The notes under the pieces are model-generated. The model did not search any database. It was not told the origin of the DNA and saw only the letters and a program-made list of their open reading frames with translations. Shown here piece after piece: positions 19,510 to 28,672 of a DNA stretch of 64,000 bases. How positions within the stretch are numbered: position 1 is the stretch's first letter; every line of letters begins with the position of its first letter. The position numbers and the translations under genes were made by a program. Origin of the DNA: Thermoplasma sp. (GTDB taxonomy: Archaea; Thermoplasmatota; Thermoplasmata; Thermoplasmatales; Thermoplasmataceae); the NCBI RefSeq assembly GCF_008709555.1, contig NZ_VYIJ01000007.1, positions 411-64,410 of the forward strand, given 5' to 3'.

Positions 19510-21204
19510 ATGAAAACCGACGTTGTATTCATACATCCCCCATCCATCTATGATTTCAGGAAGAGGGATATCGACCCTGGCCCTATAAGCGATGTCGTTC
19601 CGTCCACGCCAGTGTTCGAGATGTATCCGGTCGGCTTTGTGAGCATGCTGAATTATCTTGTTCAGAACGGTTTCAATGCGAGGATAGCCAACGTCGCGGT
19701 CAGGATGGTGCAGTCGAGGAGGTTTGATCCAGTATCATACCTGAGGGATCTGGATGCCCCCATATATGGAATAGATCTCCACTGGCTTCCGCATGCCCAT
19801 GGTGCCCTTAATATTGCGAGGATAGTCAAAAATCTCCATCCAAACTCGTACGTTGTCTTTGGTGGTTATTCATCCACTTACTTCAGGAAGGAGATAATGC
19901 GTGATTACCCATTCGTCGATTTCGTTCTCGCCGGTGATTTCCAGGAATACGGCATATACAAGCTTGCCGAGAGCATAGTTGAGGGCAAGCCGCTGTCTGA
20001 GGTGCCCGGCCTTGTTCACAGGGAGAACGGCATGGTGAAGGAGGAGAGGCCGTATGACTTCAGGAAAGGCCTTGAGAATGTCTTCTTCAACTACGAAGTG
20101 CTTCTAAAAAACGCAATAAAGTATCATGACGTGAAGGGGCATCTGCCTTACGCAGACTGGTTGAGGAATCCTGAGGGCTTCACGCTGATAGAACGTGGAT
20201 GCCAGCTCAACTGCGGATTCTGCGGTGGGTCAAACTTCTCATACAAGAACAACTTTGCGATCAATTACCAGTTCAGGGACCCATGCAGAGTGGTGGATGA
20301 GATCGAGCTATCACAGGAGATCCTTGGATCGCCAGTCTTCATCGTCGGCGATCTCGCTCTTGCCGGGCAGAAATACTATGAGAAGTTCTTCAAATGCCTT
20401 AGGGATCGGAAGATCGACATACCAATACTCACTGAGTACTTCAAGCCGTTCAACGAGGACTACGCCAAGGAGATAAGCAGGAGCGTTGTCGATTTCTCAA
20501 TGGAGATATCACCGGAAACATCCGATGAAAATGTCAGAAACTGGAACAAGAGCGGATACAGCAACGAGGATCTTGAAAAATCTCTCAAACTTGCGGAGGA
20601 ATACGGATCGAAAAAGTTCGATGTTTACTTCTCCATAGGGCTGTCGCACCAGGACTACAGGAACGTAATCGATACAGTTGAATACGCTGGTAAGCTGATG
20701 AGGGATTTCAGGGGATCGCAGATGAAGATCAGCACATTCATATCGCCGATAGCGCCATTCGTGGATCCGGGTTCGCTCTGGTACGAAAAGTCCGAGATGT
20801 ACGGATTCAAGGTCTTCGCAAGGACCCTTGCAGACATATACCGCATCCTCGATATGGGAAAGACATGGTACGATTTCCTGGACTACGAAACACAGTGGAT
20901 GACCAGGGACGAAATAGTCAATGCAACGTACGATGCAGAGATAAGAATGACCCAGTTGAGGTACGATGTTGGCGATATAAGCAGGGATACCATGGAGACC
21001 ATAATAAGAAATGTCCAGAACTACAGGCGGGGCAACAACTACTGCAAGAGCAACCGGGTGGATAAGCACCTCGCCTACATGAGCAAGGACATAGAATGGT
21101 CCAACAAACACAAGCCAACTCTGACCTCTCTTCTGATACTCCTTTACAGATCATACGAGGAGGTCATAGGCGGAATGCGTATCAGATCCGAGGAAAGATC
21201 GTGA
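19510..21204 (+). CDS. B12-binding domain radical SAM protein (resembles the Ta0216/TIGR04190 family)
   Basis: N-terminal cobalamin-binding-type region (GIDLHW, VVFGGYSST, DFVLAGD) and RGCQLNCGFC motif; family name recalled, not searched. Confidence 0.85.
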   Translation: MKTDVVFIHPPSIYDFRKRDIDPGPISDVVPSTPVFEMYPVGFVSMLNYLVQNGFNARIANVAVRMVQSRRFDPVSYLRDLDAPIYGIDLHWLPHAHGALNIARIVKNLHPNSYVVFGGYSSTYFRKEIMRDYPFVDFVLAGDFQEYGIYKLAESIVEGKPLSEVPGLVHRENGMVKEERPYDFRKGLENVFFNYEVLLKNAIKYHDVKGHLPYADWLRNPEGFTLIERGCQLNCGFCGGSNFSYKNNFAINYQFRDPCRVVDEIELSQEILGSPVFIVGDLALAGQKYYEKFFKCLRDRKIDIPILTEYFKPFNEDYAKEISRSVVDFSMEISPETSDENVRNWNKSGYSNEDLEKSLKLAEEYGSKKFDVYFSIGLSHQDYRNVIDTVEYAGKLMRDFRGSQMKISTFISPIAPFVDPGSLWYEKSEMYGFKVFARTLADIYRILDMGKTWYDFLDYETQWMTRDEIVNATYDAEIRMTQLRYDVGDISRDTMETIIRNVQNYRRGNNYCKSNRVDKHLAYMSKDIEWSNKHKPTLTSLLILLYRSYEEVIGGMRIRSEERS

Positions 21205-21252
21205 TCCGCATATTTTTGGCAAATGTTAATAACCATTAAAAAATAGAGTATC

Positions 21253-22350
21253 GTGATAGTATCAGATCATATTTCATCCATAGAGAAGAAGATCGAGGCC
21301 GGAGAGGATCTGGACGCTGATGACATCGTATATATGTATGATGAAGCTGACGTGAACGATCTTGGTAAGCTCGCCAGGAAGATCACTGAGAGAATAAGCG
21401 GGAACCGCGTTTCCTTTGTGTCAAACATAATTCTTAACTATACAAACGTCTGCAATGTCAGGTGCAAGTTCTGTGCCTTCTACAGGACTGGAAAAGAAGA
21501 GGACGCGTACACCATGACTCCAGATCAGGTCATAGATGAGATCAGGAAATACTATCCTCTCGGCATAAAACAGGTTCTCATCCAGGGAGGTGTCAATCCC
21601 AGCCTGGATCTGGATTACTACCTCGAGGTCTTCAGCAGGATCAGGAAGGAATTCCCTGATGTAGGGATAAACGGCCTCTCAACGGCAGAGATAAATTTCA
21701 TATCAAGAAAGGCGAAGATGAGCTACGAAGATACGATATCCGTACTCAGGGATGCGGGGCTTGAGACGATACCCGGAGCTGGTGCAGAGATACTGGATGA
21801 CGATATCAGGGTGGCACTCGGAAGGCCGCCTGGAAGCGGAAAGCAGTGGCTGGAGATCATGGAGACCGCACACAGGATCGGCGTGAAGACCTCTGCAACC
21901 ATGGTTTACGGGCACATTGAGAAGAGCATAAACAAGGCGCATCACCTTATCGCGATCAGGGATCTGCAGAAGAAGTACCATGGCTTCCTGTCATTCACGG
22001 CATGGAACATGGAACCGGACAACACGGAACTCCAGCGGGAAGGTGTCCTGAGCTACAGATCACAGGCTGAGGACGTGATCCGAAACGTTGCCATATCCAG
22101 GATAGTGTTGAACTATGACCTTCCCATAATTCAGAGTTCATGGCTGACAAACGGTGTGGAGATGGGGCAGCTCGCGATCATATACGGATCAAACGACTGG
22201 GGCGGTACGATATACGATGAGCGCGTTATACCTGCAACCGGCAAGCAGGTAGGAAACCTCAGGAAGGAGATAATAATAAGGAGCATCAAGGACCTGGGCA
22301 TGGTGCCTGTGGAGAGGGATAACCTCTACAGGCCGGTGCAGGTTTATTGA
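21253..22350 (+). CDS. mqnC: Cyclic dehypoxanthinyl futalosine synthase
   Basis: NYTNVCNVRCKFCAFYR, LIQGG, PGAGAEIL, IQSSW, GSNDWGG match the MqnC pattern. Confidence 0.88.
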   Translation: MIVSDHISSIEKKIEAGEDLDADDIVYMYDEADVNDLGKLARKITERISGNRVSFVSNIILNYTNVCNVRCKFCAFYRTGKEEDAYTMTPDQVIDEIRKYYPLGIKQVLIQGGVNPSLDLDYYLEVFSRIRKEFPDVGINGLSTAEINFISRKAKMSYEDTISVLRDAGLETIPGAGAEILDDDIRVALGRPPGSGKQWLEIMETAHRIGVKTSATMVYGHIEKSINKAHHLIAIRDLQKKYHGFLSFTAWNMEPDNTELQREGVLSYRSQAEDVIRNVAISRIVLNYDLPIIQSSWLTNGVEMGQLAIIYGSNDWGGTIYDERVIPATGKQVGNLRKEIIIRSIKDLGMVPVERDNLYRPVQVY

Positions 22351-22445
22351 TTTTTGCAGGCATCCTTTTTTCTCTGGTTTGTGAGTGTGAGGGCGACCTG
22401 CGTAAATTATATTCGCGCGGTGTCATATACGCCAGGAGTGCATAA

Positions 22446-23669
22446 ATGACCTTGGATGATGACGGAAGTCTCCTACCGGCCATAAGGATAAAGGAGGACC
22501 CTGAAGATTTTCTGGTTGAGGAGATAGCAGACATTCCCCGGAGAGATGGGGGCAAGTACATAATCATAAGAGCAGAGATCACGGACTGGGACACAAATAA
22601 GGTCGTGGAGGCCATTGCATCATCGCTCAGGATAAGCAGGAAAAGGATATCGTATGCTGGCACAAAGGACAAGCGTGCGAAAAAGATACAGTATTTTTGC
22701 ATAAATGCACCTGTTGATGTAACCAGGATCTCCCTTAACGGTTTCAGGATCCTCGATACATTCAGAAGCGATCACTACCTGAAGCTCGGCGATCTAACCG
22801 CAAACCATTTCAGGATCAGATTCCACGGGCCAGAGGATGACTACATAAAGAGGCGTTACGATGCCATGATGGCCAATGGCGGTTTTCCCAACTACTTCGG
22901 CCAGCAACGCTTCGGATCAAGGCGCAGGAACACGCATGACGTTGGAAGACTCATAGTCATGGGCAGGTACGAGGACGCTGTCCGCCTATACATCTACGAT
23001 GATCGCTACGACACAGAGGACTATCGGAAGGATTTTGTTGAGACACTGGACTATGCAAGGGCTCTTGATCAATTTCCAAAGACCCTGAGGTTCGAGCGAT
23101 CAATCATCGGCTATTACGCTGATCATCGCACTTTCCGCGGTGCTTTTGACGCTCTTCCCAAGAACCTTGCCATAATGTTCGTGCATGCATATCAGTCATA
23201 CCTGTTCAACAGGATGCTGAGCCTGAGGATAGAGAGATACGGGCTGAATACTGCCATACCTGGCGATATAGCCTTCCCTGTGGATCGATACTTCAACCCT
23301 GATCGGAGTAGGCCTGTGGAGGTTAACGAGGTCAACGTTGACAGGATAAACGAGCTCATAAGGAAAGACAGCCTCAGGGTCGCGCTTCCCATAATAGGAT
23401 CTGAAGTTGGCCCTGATTCAAGCGAGTTCGGAGAGATCGAGAGGAAGGTCCTGGAGGAGGAACACATTGACCAGGCCATGTTCAGGAACGTGGAGTATCC
23501 ACATCTGTCATCCACCGGGGACAGGCGGATAGTATCGGCAAAGCCAGTTGATTTTTCTGTTTCCGGAGGCATTATGGAGTTCACCCTCGGAAAAGGCATA
23601 TACGCAACAACGCTCATATCAGAATTCGGGAAAGTCGTCGATTCTGACATTTCGTCAGATGGGTTTTGA
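22446..23669 (+). CDS. truD: tRNA pseudouridine(13) synthase
   Basis: PEDFLVEE, YAGTKDKRA with the catalytic Asp, NYFGQQRFG, GIYAT. Confidence 0.95.
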   Translation: MTLDDDGSLLPAIRIKEDPEDFLVEEIADIPRRDGGKYIIIRAEITDWDTNKVVEAIASSLRISRKRISYAGTKDKRAKKIQYFCINAPVDVTRISLNGFRILDTFRSDHYLKLGDLTANHFRIRFHGPEDDYIKRRYDAMMANGGFPNYFGQQRFGSRRRNTHDVGRLIVMGRYEDAVRLYIYDDRYDTEDYRKDFVETLDYARALDQFPKTLRFERSIIGYYADHRTFRGAFDALPKNLAIMFVHAYQSYLFNRMLSLRIERYGLNTAIPGDIAFPVDRYFNPDRSRPVEVNEVNVDRINELIRKDSLRVALPIIGSEVGPDSSEFGEIERKVLEEEHIDQAMFRNVEYPHLSSTGDRRIVSAKPVDFSVSGGIMEFTLGKGIYATTLISEFGKVVDSDISSDGF

Positions 23670-25034
23670 AATGACCTCGAACGACCTCTCATTTTTCAGA
23701 AAACTTATGAAACCAAGAAATCCACCTATTATTTCAAGCGGGGATATCACGAATATGTAAAGGAATACCAGTATGGCATAATCCATGATGCTTTCCCTGT
23801 ATATACCCGAGACTTCCCTGTTTATCCGTAGGCCAGATATGTAGAACCATATCCAAAATGAGAGCGTGAATGCCCAAAGGAACAGTACTTCGGGGTTGAT
23901 CACCGCCATTCGTATCACACCGAGGAAGTGAAGGATCATCAGCACAGGAACGACGTTCTGCACCACCATGCCTATCCAGAAGATGATGCTGTATATCATG
24001 AACGCCCTGTATTTTATGGGTATACCACCATAGAAGCTCAGGTTGGAAACATTCAGGAACCAGCGTTTCCTCTGCTTCAGCATATCCCTTATGGTGGTGG
24101 GCGACGAACCATATGTTATAGCCGGCATGAACGCTGATTTTCCCGGATACATATAGGCAAAGTTCAGAGCGAAGAAGCTGTCATCTGCAATTGCACGGTT
24201 GCCGTTGTCCCAGCCAACTGACTCCTCTATGTCCGATCTGACGAGCATGTTCTCTCCGTGAAGCCCGATCAGCGGCATCTTGATTACGTTCGTGAAGAAG
24301 TAAAACCTGGTGAGGTCATCCGTTGGCCTCATGGAATCCGCGTACTTCGTTATGAAGTTCCTGGTAAGGAAATGCGGGAATGACAGTATGCCCTGTGCAA
24401 GGTAATACCTGTCCCCATAGCGCATTATATGCTCCGCCACTGCGGCAACGCTCTCTGGGCCTATTGATGTGTCATCGTCAAGATGGTATATCCATGTATT
24501 CTTCGATACCAGACCCTGCGCCCGCAGCATCTCTATTGCGTACTGGTTTGCCCTGGATTTAGCCAACGCCCCCTTTCTGGTCCTGTATTCCCTTGGGACT
24601 ACGGTTATCCTTATACAGCTGCTGCCGCCGTATTTCTTCTCCAGGTATGATCTGGCCTCTGAGTTCTCCTCGATCACGAGATTTATGAACCAGTTTCTGA
24701 GGTTTCTTGGCGCTGACGACGTCACAGAGTTTATGACCCTCTCCAGTGCATTTACCACATCCCACCTTGCTATGGACGCTATCTGGAATATTACGGTCTC
24801 ATCTATGTGACCGCTGAAATCGGATAGCCGGACATTTCTGCTCTTGTAGGCACCAGCAAGGGCTATTATGATTATTGGCAACCCCATTATCCACAGTGCT
24901 TCCACGGCATATGTTATTGGACTGGATGAATTGGAAATGAATGTGAACCCTGCTGGGATAAGGAGGACGAGTATGACGGGGATCTGCCAGAAAGTCAACC
25001 CCATCCCAAAAGCGCCCTGCCTCAGATTTTGCAT
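23655..25034 (-). CDS. Membrane GT2 glycosyltransferase, egghead/BRE-3-like
   Basis: KSRANQYA, WIYHLDDDT, ADSMRPTDD, IADD and QRKRW motifs with flanking TM helices. Confidence 0.85.
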   Translation of the reverse strand: MQNLRQGAFGMGLTFWQIPVILVLLIPAGFTFISNSSSPITYAVEALWIMGLPIIIIALAGAYKSRNVRLSDFSGHIDETVIFQIASIARWDVVNALERVINSVTSSAPRNLRNWFINLVIEENSEARSYLEKKYGGSSCIRITVVPREYRTRKGALAKSRANQYAIEMLRAQGLVSKNTWIYHLDDDTSIGPESVAAVAEHIMRYGDRYYLAQGILSFPHFLTRNFITKYADSMRPTDDLTRFYFFTNVIKMPLIGLHGENMLVRSDIEESVGWDNGNRAIADDSFFALNFAYMYPGKSAFMPAITYGSSPTTIRDMLKQRKRWFLNVSNLSFYGGIPIKYRAFMIYSIIFWIGMVVQNVVPVLMILHFLGVIRMAVINPEVLFLWAFTLSFWIWFYISGLRINREVSGIYRESIMDYAILVFLYIFVISPLEIIGGFLGFISFLKNERSFEVISKPI

Positions 25035-25152
25035 TTGATGATGATCGTATGGACATTATATAAATTTTGGCAGATGTTTAACGTTTCCGGCAGACATCCG
25101 AGTATACCAGTCCAGAGAAAAAATAAGAATTTTGTCTAATTTCTTAAAATTT

Positions 25153-26034
25153 TTACTGCTTCAGCTGTTCAAGTATCTTCGGAACCACGGTGAATATGTC
25201 GCCTACTATGCCGTAATCGCACTCCTGGAATATCGGTGCATTCTTATCCTTGTTTATGGCTATCACGGTCTTCGAGTTCCTCATTCCGGCGATATGCTGT
25301 ATCTGCCCGGATATTCCAAGAGCGATGTAGACCTTCGGTGATACCTTCTTGCCGGACAGACCCACCTGCCTGTCCTCGCTGAGCCAGCCGTAATCCATGC
25401 AGACCGGCCTAGATCCGGCGATCTCACCGTTCAGCGCCTTTGCCAGTGGTTCGATCTTCGCTATGTTATCTTTGCTGCCTATGCCCCTACCCACTGATAC
25501 GATGACCTTTGCATCCTCCAGCCTAACGCTTCCACCGGCCTTGCTGACGAATTTGGTTATCTTTATCCTGCTCTGTCCCACTTCGAGATCCCTTGCTTCC
25601 GGAGTGGAACCCAGGTCCTTGGCCTCTATGACGCCAGGTGCGACGGTTATGATCCTGGCATCGCTCTCCTCCTCTATGACAGTCTTCCCGCCGAAGAAGA
25701 ATCTCTTTGTGTGCGTCTTCTGCCCGCTGAAATCAAGGAAGAAGACTTCAGTTGCAGCGTAGAAACCCGTCTTGAACGAAAGGTATCCCGCGATCTCCCT
25801 TCCGATCTCAGTTGATCCTATCACTATGTAATCGTAGTTGCCGGCGATCTTCAGTATGCCCTCAGATACTGCATCAAACGGCGTTTCTCTCTTCGCCTTG
25901 TAAAGCACATGCGATCCGAGGCCCTTGGCATCCCCCTCTCCAATGAGCACGGAGTCAATATCGCCTTTACCAGAGACCAGCGTGTTGACCTGCCTCAGAA
26001 AGTTAATATCGTCCGATACTGTCAGAAACTTCAT
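25153..26034 (-). CDS. etfA: Electron transfer flavoprotein alpha subunit
   Basis: VGRGIG, GSRP, QVGLSG, GISGQIQH, AINKDKNAPIF. Confidence 0.95.
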   Translation of the reverse strand: MKFLTVSDDINFLRQVNTLVSGKGDIDSVLIGEGDAKGLGSHVLYKAKRETPFDAVSEGILKIAGNYDYIVIGSTEIGREIAGYLSFKTGFYAATEVFFLDFSGQKTHTKRFFFGGKTVIEEESDARIITVAPGVIEAKDLGSTPEARDLEVGQSRIKITKFVSKAGGSVRLEDAKVIVSVGRGIGSKDNIAKIEPLAKALNGEIAGSRPVCMDYGWLSEDRQVGLSGKKVSPKVYIALGISGQIQHIAGMRNSKTVIAINKDKNAPIFQECDYGIVGDIFTVVPKILEQLKQ

Positions 26035-26771
26035 CTTACCTCCTCCTTCAGAACCTTGACAACCTCGGCGATGCCCTCATCAACCTTCTCGAAGACCTTC
26101 CTCTTTCTCTCGCTCTTCGGTGCGAGGTTGGATATCACGTTCACGTTGTTGAAAGACCCGTCAAACTTCTCAGTGCGGATTGGTTTTCTCCCGGCAGCCA
26201 TTATCTGCAGAACTGGCGGGAGCCTTGGCTCATTTATCTCCTGCGTGACTGAGACAACCACCGGCATCTCAGCCTCCATCTCCACGTTCTCCGCCTCTCC
26301 GACCTGAGTTATGCGTACGGTCTTCCCATCTATGGCAATGTTGTTTGCATTACCAAGAAGGGGGATGCCCAGTCCAGCTGAAATGAGGCCCGGAAGCATT
26401 CCTGTATACGAGTCAGCAGACTGATCGCCAAGAATGACCATATCGAACTGGATCTGCTTGAGATATGTGAGAATGGCCTTGGCCGTGACCTGCGGATTGC
26501 TCCCCTTATAGCCCGTTATGAGGATACCCTCATCCACACCCATTGCATAGGATTCTTTCATCGCAGAGGTCCCAGCCTCAGTGCCGAATATGATCCCGGT
26601 CACCTTTCCACCGTTCTTCTCCTTGATCCGTACTGCGGCTTCTATGGCATTCTTGCTAAGATTTTCCAGCCTGTAAGGAATTCCGGTCAGTATTGGCTTC
26701 CCCTCGCTGTCTGTCTTCATCTGGTCTATGTCTATAATTTGCTTAATGAGAACAACTACGTTTACCATCAT
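26031..26771 (-). CDS. etfB: Electron transfer flavoprotein beta subunit
   Basis: VLIKQI, AMGVD, GDQSADSYTG, INEPRLP. Confidence 0.95.
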   Translation of the reverse strand: MMVNVVVLIKQIIDIDQMKTDSEGKPILTGIPYRLENLSKNAIEAAVRIKEKNGGKVTGIIFGTEAGTSAMKESYAMGVDEGILITGYKGSNPQVTAKAILTYLKQIQFDMVILGDQSADSYTGMLPGLISAGLGIPLLGNANNIAIDGKTVRITQVGEAENVEMEAEMPVVVSVTQEINEPRLPPVLQIMAAGRKPIRTEKFDGSFNNVNVISNLAPKSERKRKVFEKVDEGIAEVVKVLKEEVR

Positions 26772-26812
26772 CCTGATATGATTCCGTATCGTATATACGT
26801 TTTCAATGGTCT

Positions 26813-27991
26813 TCAGTTATTTGCCGTCTCGTATGGATCGCTGACCTTGAATATCCTGGGGTTTGTTATTACTATTATTCCTATGACCAGCGCAAATATC
26901 GCGAAGGCCATCGCTGTGAGAAAGAGCATTGCACCGCTTACAGCCCACAGTATTGATCCCATGAGCGGCGCTATGACCATTATCGGGTTCCTGAAGAATG
27001 ATGTTATCTGCCTGAAATCGAAAGCGGACGGGAACTGTGATCGGATGAAACGCCCGGATCCTATGAATGCGACCGGCAGCAGAGAGAGAAAAATAAGGCC
27101 GGCAACAAAGGACGTTGGCGACATGAAGCTCATGAGCAGAAGACCTGCCACCAGTATGAGATCCTTTGCTGGATAGAAGAAAGGTATGGAAGGTATTTTC
27201 GAGGATTCAAACACGTATACAAGGGCCGCGCCTATTATGATCGCGGCGGCAACAGAGAACATAACCCCGGATCTTGACATGCTGGAACCAAGACCCGCCG
27301 ATATTATGAACGGGAAAGCTGATCCTATTGATATCCAGACGAATATCTCATCCAGCGAAACTGCAAGCAAAAGAAGCTTCTTCTCAACCGTCCTTATACT
27401 CTCCATGGAGTTGAATGGCCTCAGAAAAACCCGGAAGATATCGTACCTCCTGAATCTGCCAGTGGGCCTCTTGAAGAAGAAGAATACAGCAGCGAGGCCG
27501 ACTGCAAGCATTATGATAGCCATGTATGAGTCCAGGGTATACATCTGCCCTGGAAATACGCCTGCCACTATCAGGCCGATGAACCCTCCCAGACCTGCAC
27601 CGACCATGAATATTCTCTCGTTCGCGCTTATGGAGATGCTGTTCCTAATTGTGGAATTGTAGAACATCGTGAGCGATACCGTGAATAGGGCAACAGAAAC
27701 GGAGATCACTGGGACGCTCTGTGATATGTAAACCAATATGAATGCCACGGCCACCATAAGTATGGAAAGTGGAACCGTTATTGCATCTCCTGAACGGTCC
27801 ACGTACTCGCGCGAAAGCGAATTAAATATCAGGTAGAATATGACTGCTATGGCAAAAAACACGCCCAGGTAATAGAACGGAATACCCCCTTCCCTCAATA
27901 TGAAGGTGAACGATCCAGCATAGAGTGCCAGCGAAAAGAAGGTTGCGACAACTATGCCGAACCTGATCAGGAAAAGGTTACGATCGTCCGT
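26813..27991 (-). CDS. MFS-like membrane protein with an unclear start (track start TTG 27898; frame open to 28006)
   Basis: About 12 TM segments once the upstream in-frame helix DRNLFLIRFGIVVATFFSLALYAG is included. Confidence 0.65.
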   Translation of the reverse strand, partial: TDDRNLFLIRFGIVVATFFSLALYAGSFTFILREGGIPFYYLGVFFAIAVIFYLIFNSLSREYVDRSGDAITVPLSILMVAVAFILVYISQSVPVISVSVALFTVSLTMFYNSTIRNSISISANERIFMVGAGLGGFIGLIVAGVFPGQMYTLDSYMAIIMLAVGLAAVFFFFKRPTGRFRRYDIFRVFLRPFNSMESIRTVEKKLLLLAVSLDEIFVWISIGSAFPFIISAGLGSSMSRSGVMFSVAAAIIIGAALVYVFESSKIPSIPFFYPAKDLILVAGLLLMSFMSPTSFVAGLIFLSLLPVAFIGSGRFIRSQFPSAFDFRQITSFFRNPIMVIAPLMGSILWAVSGAMLFLTAMAFAIFALVIGIIVITNPRIFKVSDPYETANN

Positions 27992-28098
27992 GGCGGTGCA
28001 CCTCTTTCAGCATCATATACCCGTTATAAATATATTTCTACGGATTGTTCTTCCTTCTCAACGTATCGCCATAATGCTTAATACAATGCTAACGTTAA

Positions 28099-28533
28099 AT
28101 GGCTATGCCTCTACTGGCAAGAACTGGAAGCCTCGCCGCAGGTACCGCGGCTGGCATCCTCTTCCTGATAGCGATGGTGACCATAAGCCCTGTTTCATGG
28201 TTCATATCTGGACTGGTTGCAGGCATAGCCTCCAAGGGATCCGGCAGAGGAGCTCTTGCAGCCCTCATCTCGTCACTAGTAACGGTATTCATAATGATCA
28301 CGCTGACAATAGCTGTGCCATCTTCATTCCTGCAGTCCATATACAGTTCGACAGGAAACAGCTTTGTATACTCATTCGTCAGCTACTCCGTTGACCAGAT
28401 AAACTCACCGATATCGCCACTCGTCAACAGGATAATAGTTGATTTTACGCTCTTCTCCATAATGGGCGGTGTAATAGGAGGTTCGCTCTTCAGAAATACT
28501 ATACACGCTGATGAGGTCGTTTCGAAGAAGTGA
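28099..28533 (+). CDS. Small Gly-rich membrane protein
   Basis: ISGLVAG, GRGALAA and MGGVIGG helices typical of archaeal small membrane proteins. Confidence 0.75.
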   Translation: MAMPLLARTGSLAAGTAAGILFLIAMVTISPVSWFISGLVAGIASKGSGRGALAALISSLVTVFIMITLTIAVPSSFLQSIYSSTGNSFVYSFVSYSVDQINSPISPLVNRIIVDFTLFSIMGGVIGGSLFRNTIHADEVVSKK

Positions 28534-28672
28534 TCCTGCTTTCTCACGTTTAAGACCCGGGAATATAATTCACCCTTTATGCACGCTGCGATCCATGATC
28601 CGAGTCCTCAGAAATGCTATGGGTGCCCTTTGATTCAGGTCATGAAAATATGAGAAAAATTAAATCTACTGT

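Noticed and set aside
18241..22350. F420 biosynthesis (cofG/cofH) call for the two CofH-like radical SAM genes
   Set aside because: Motifs and the adjacent mqnA fit MqnE and MqnC better
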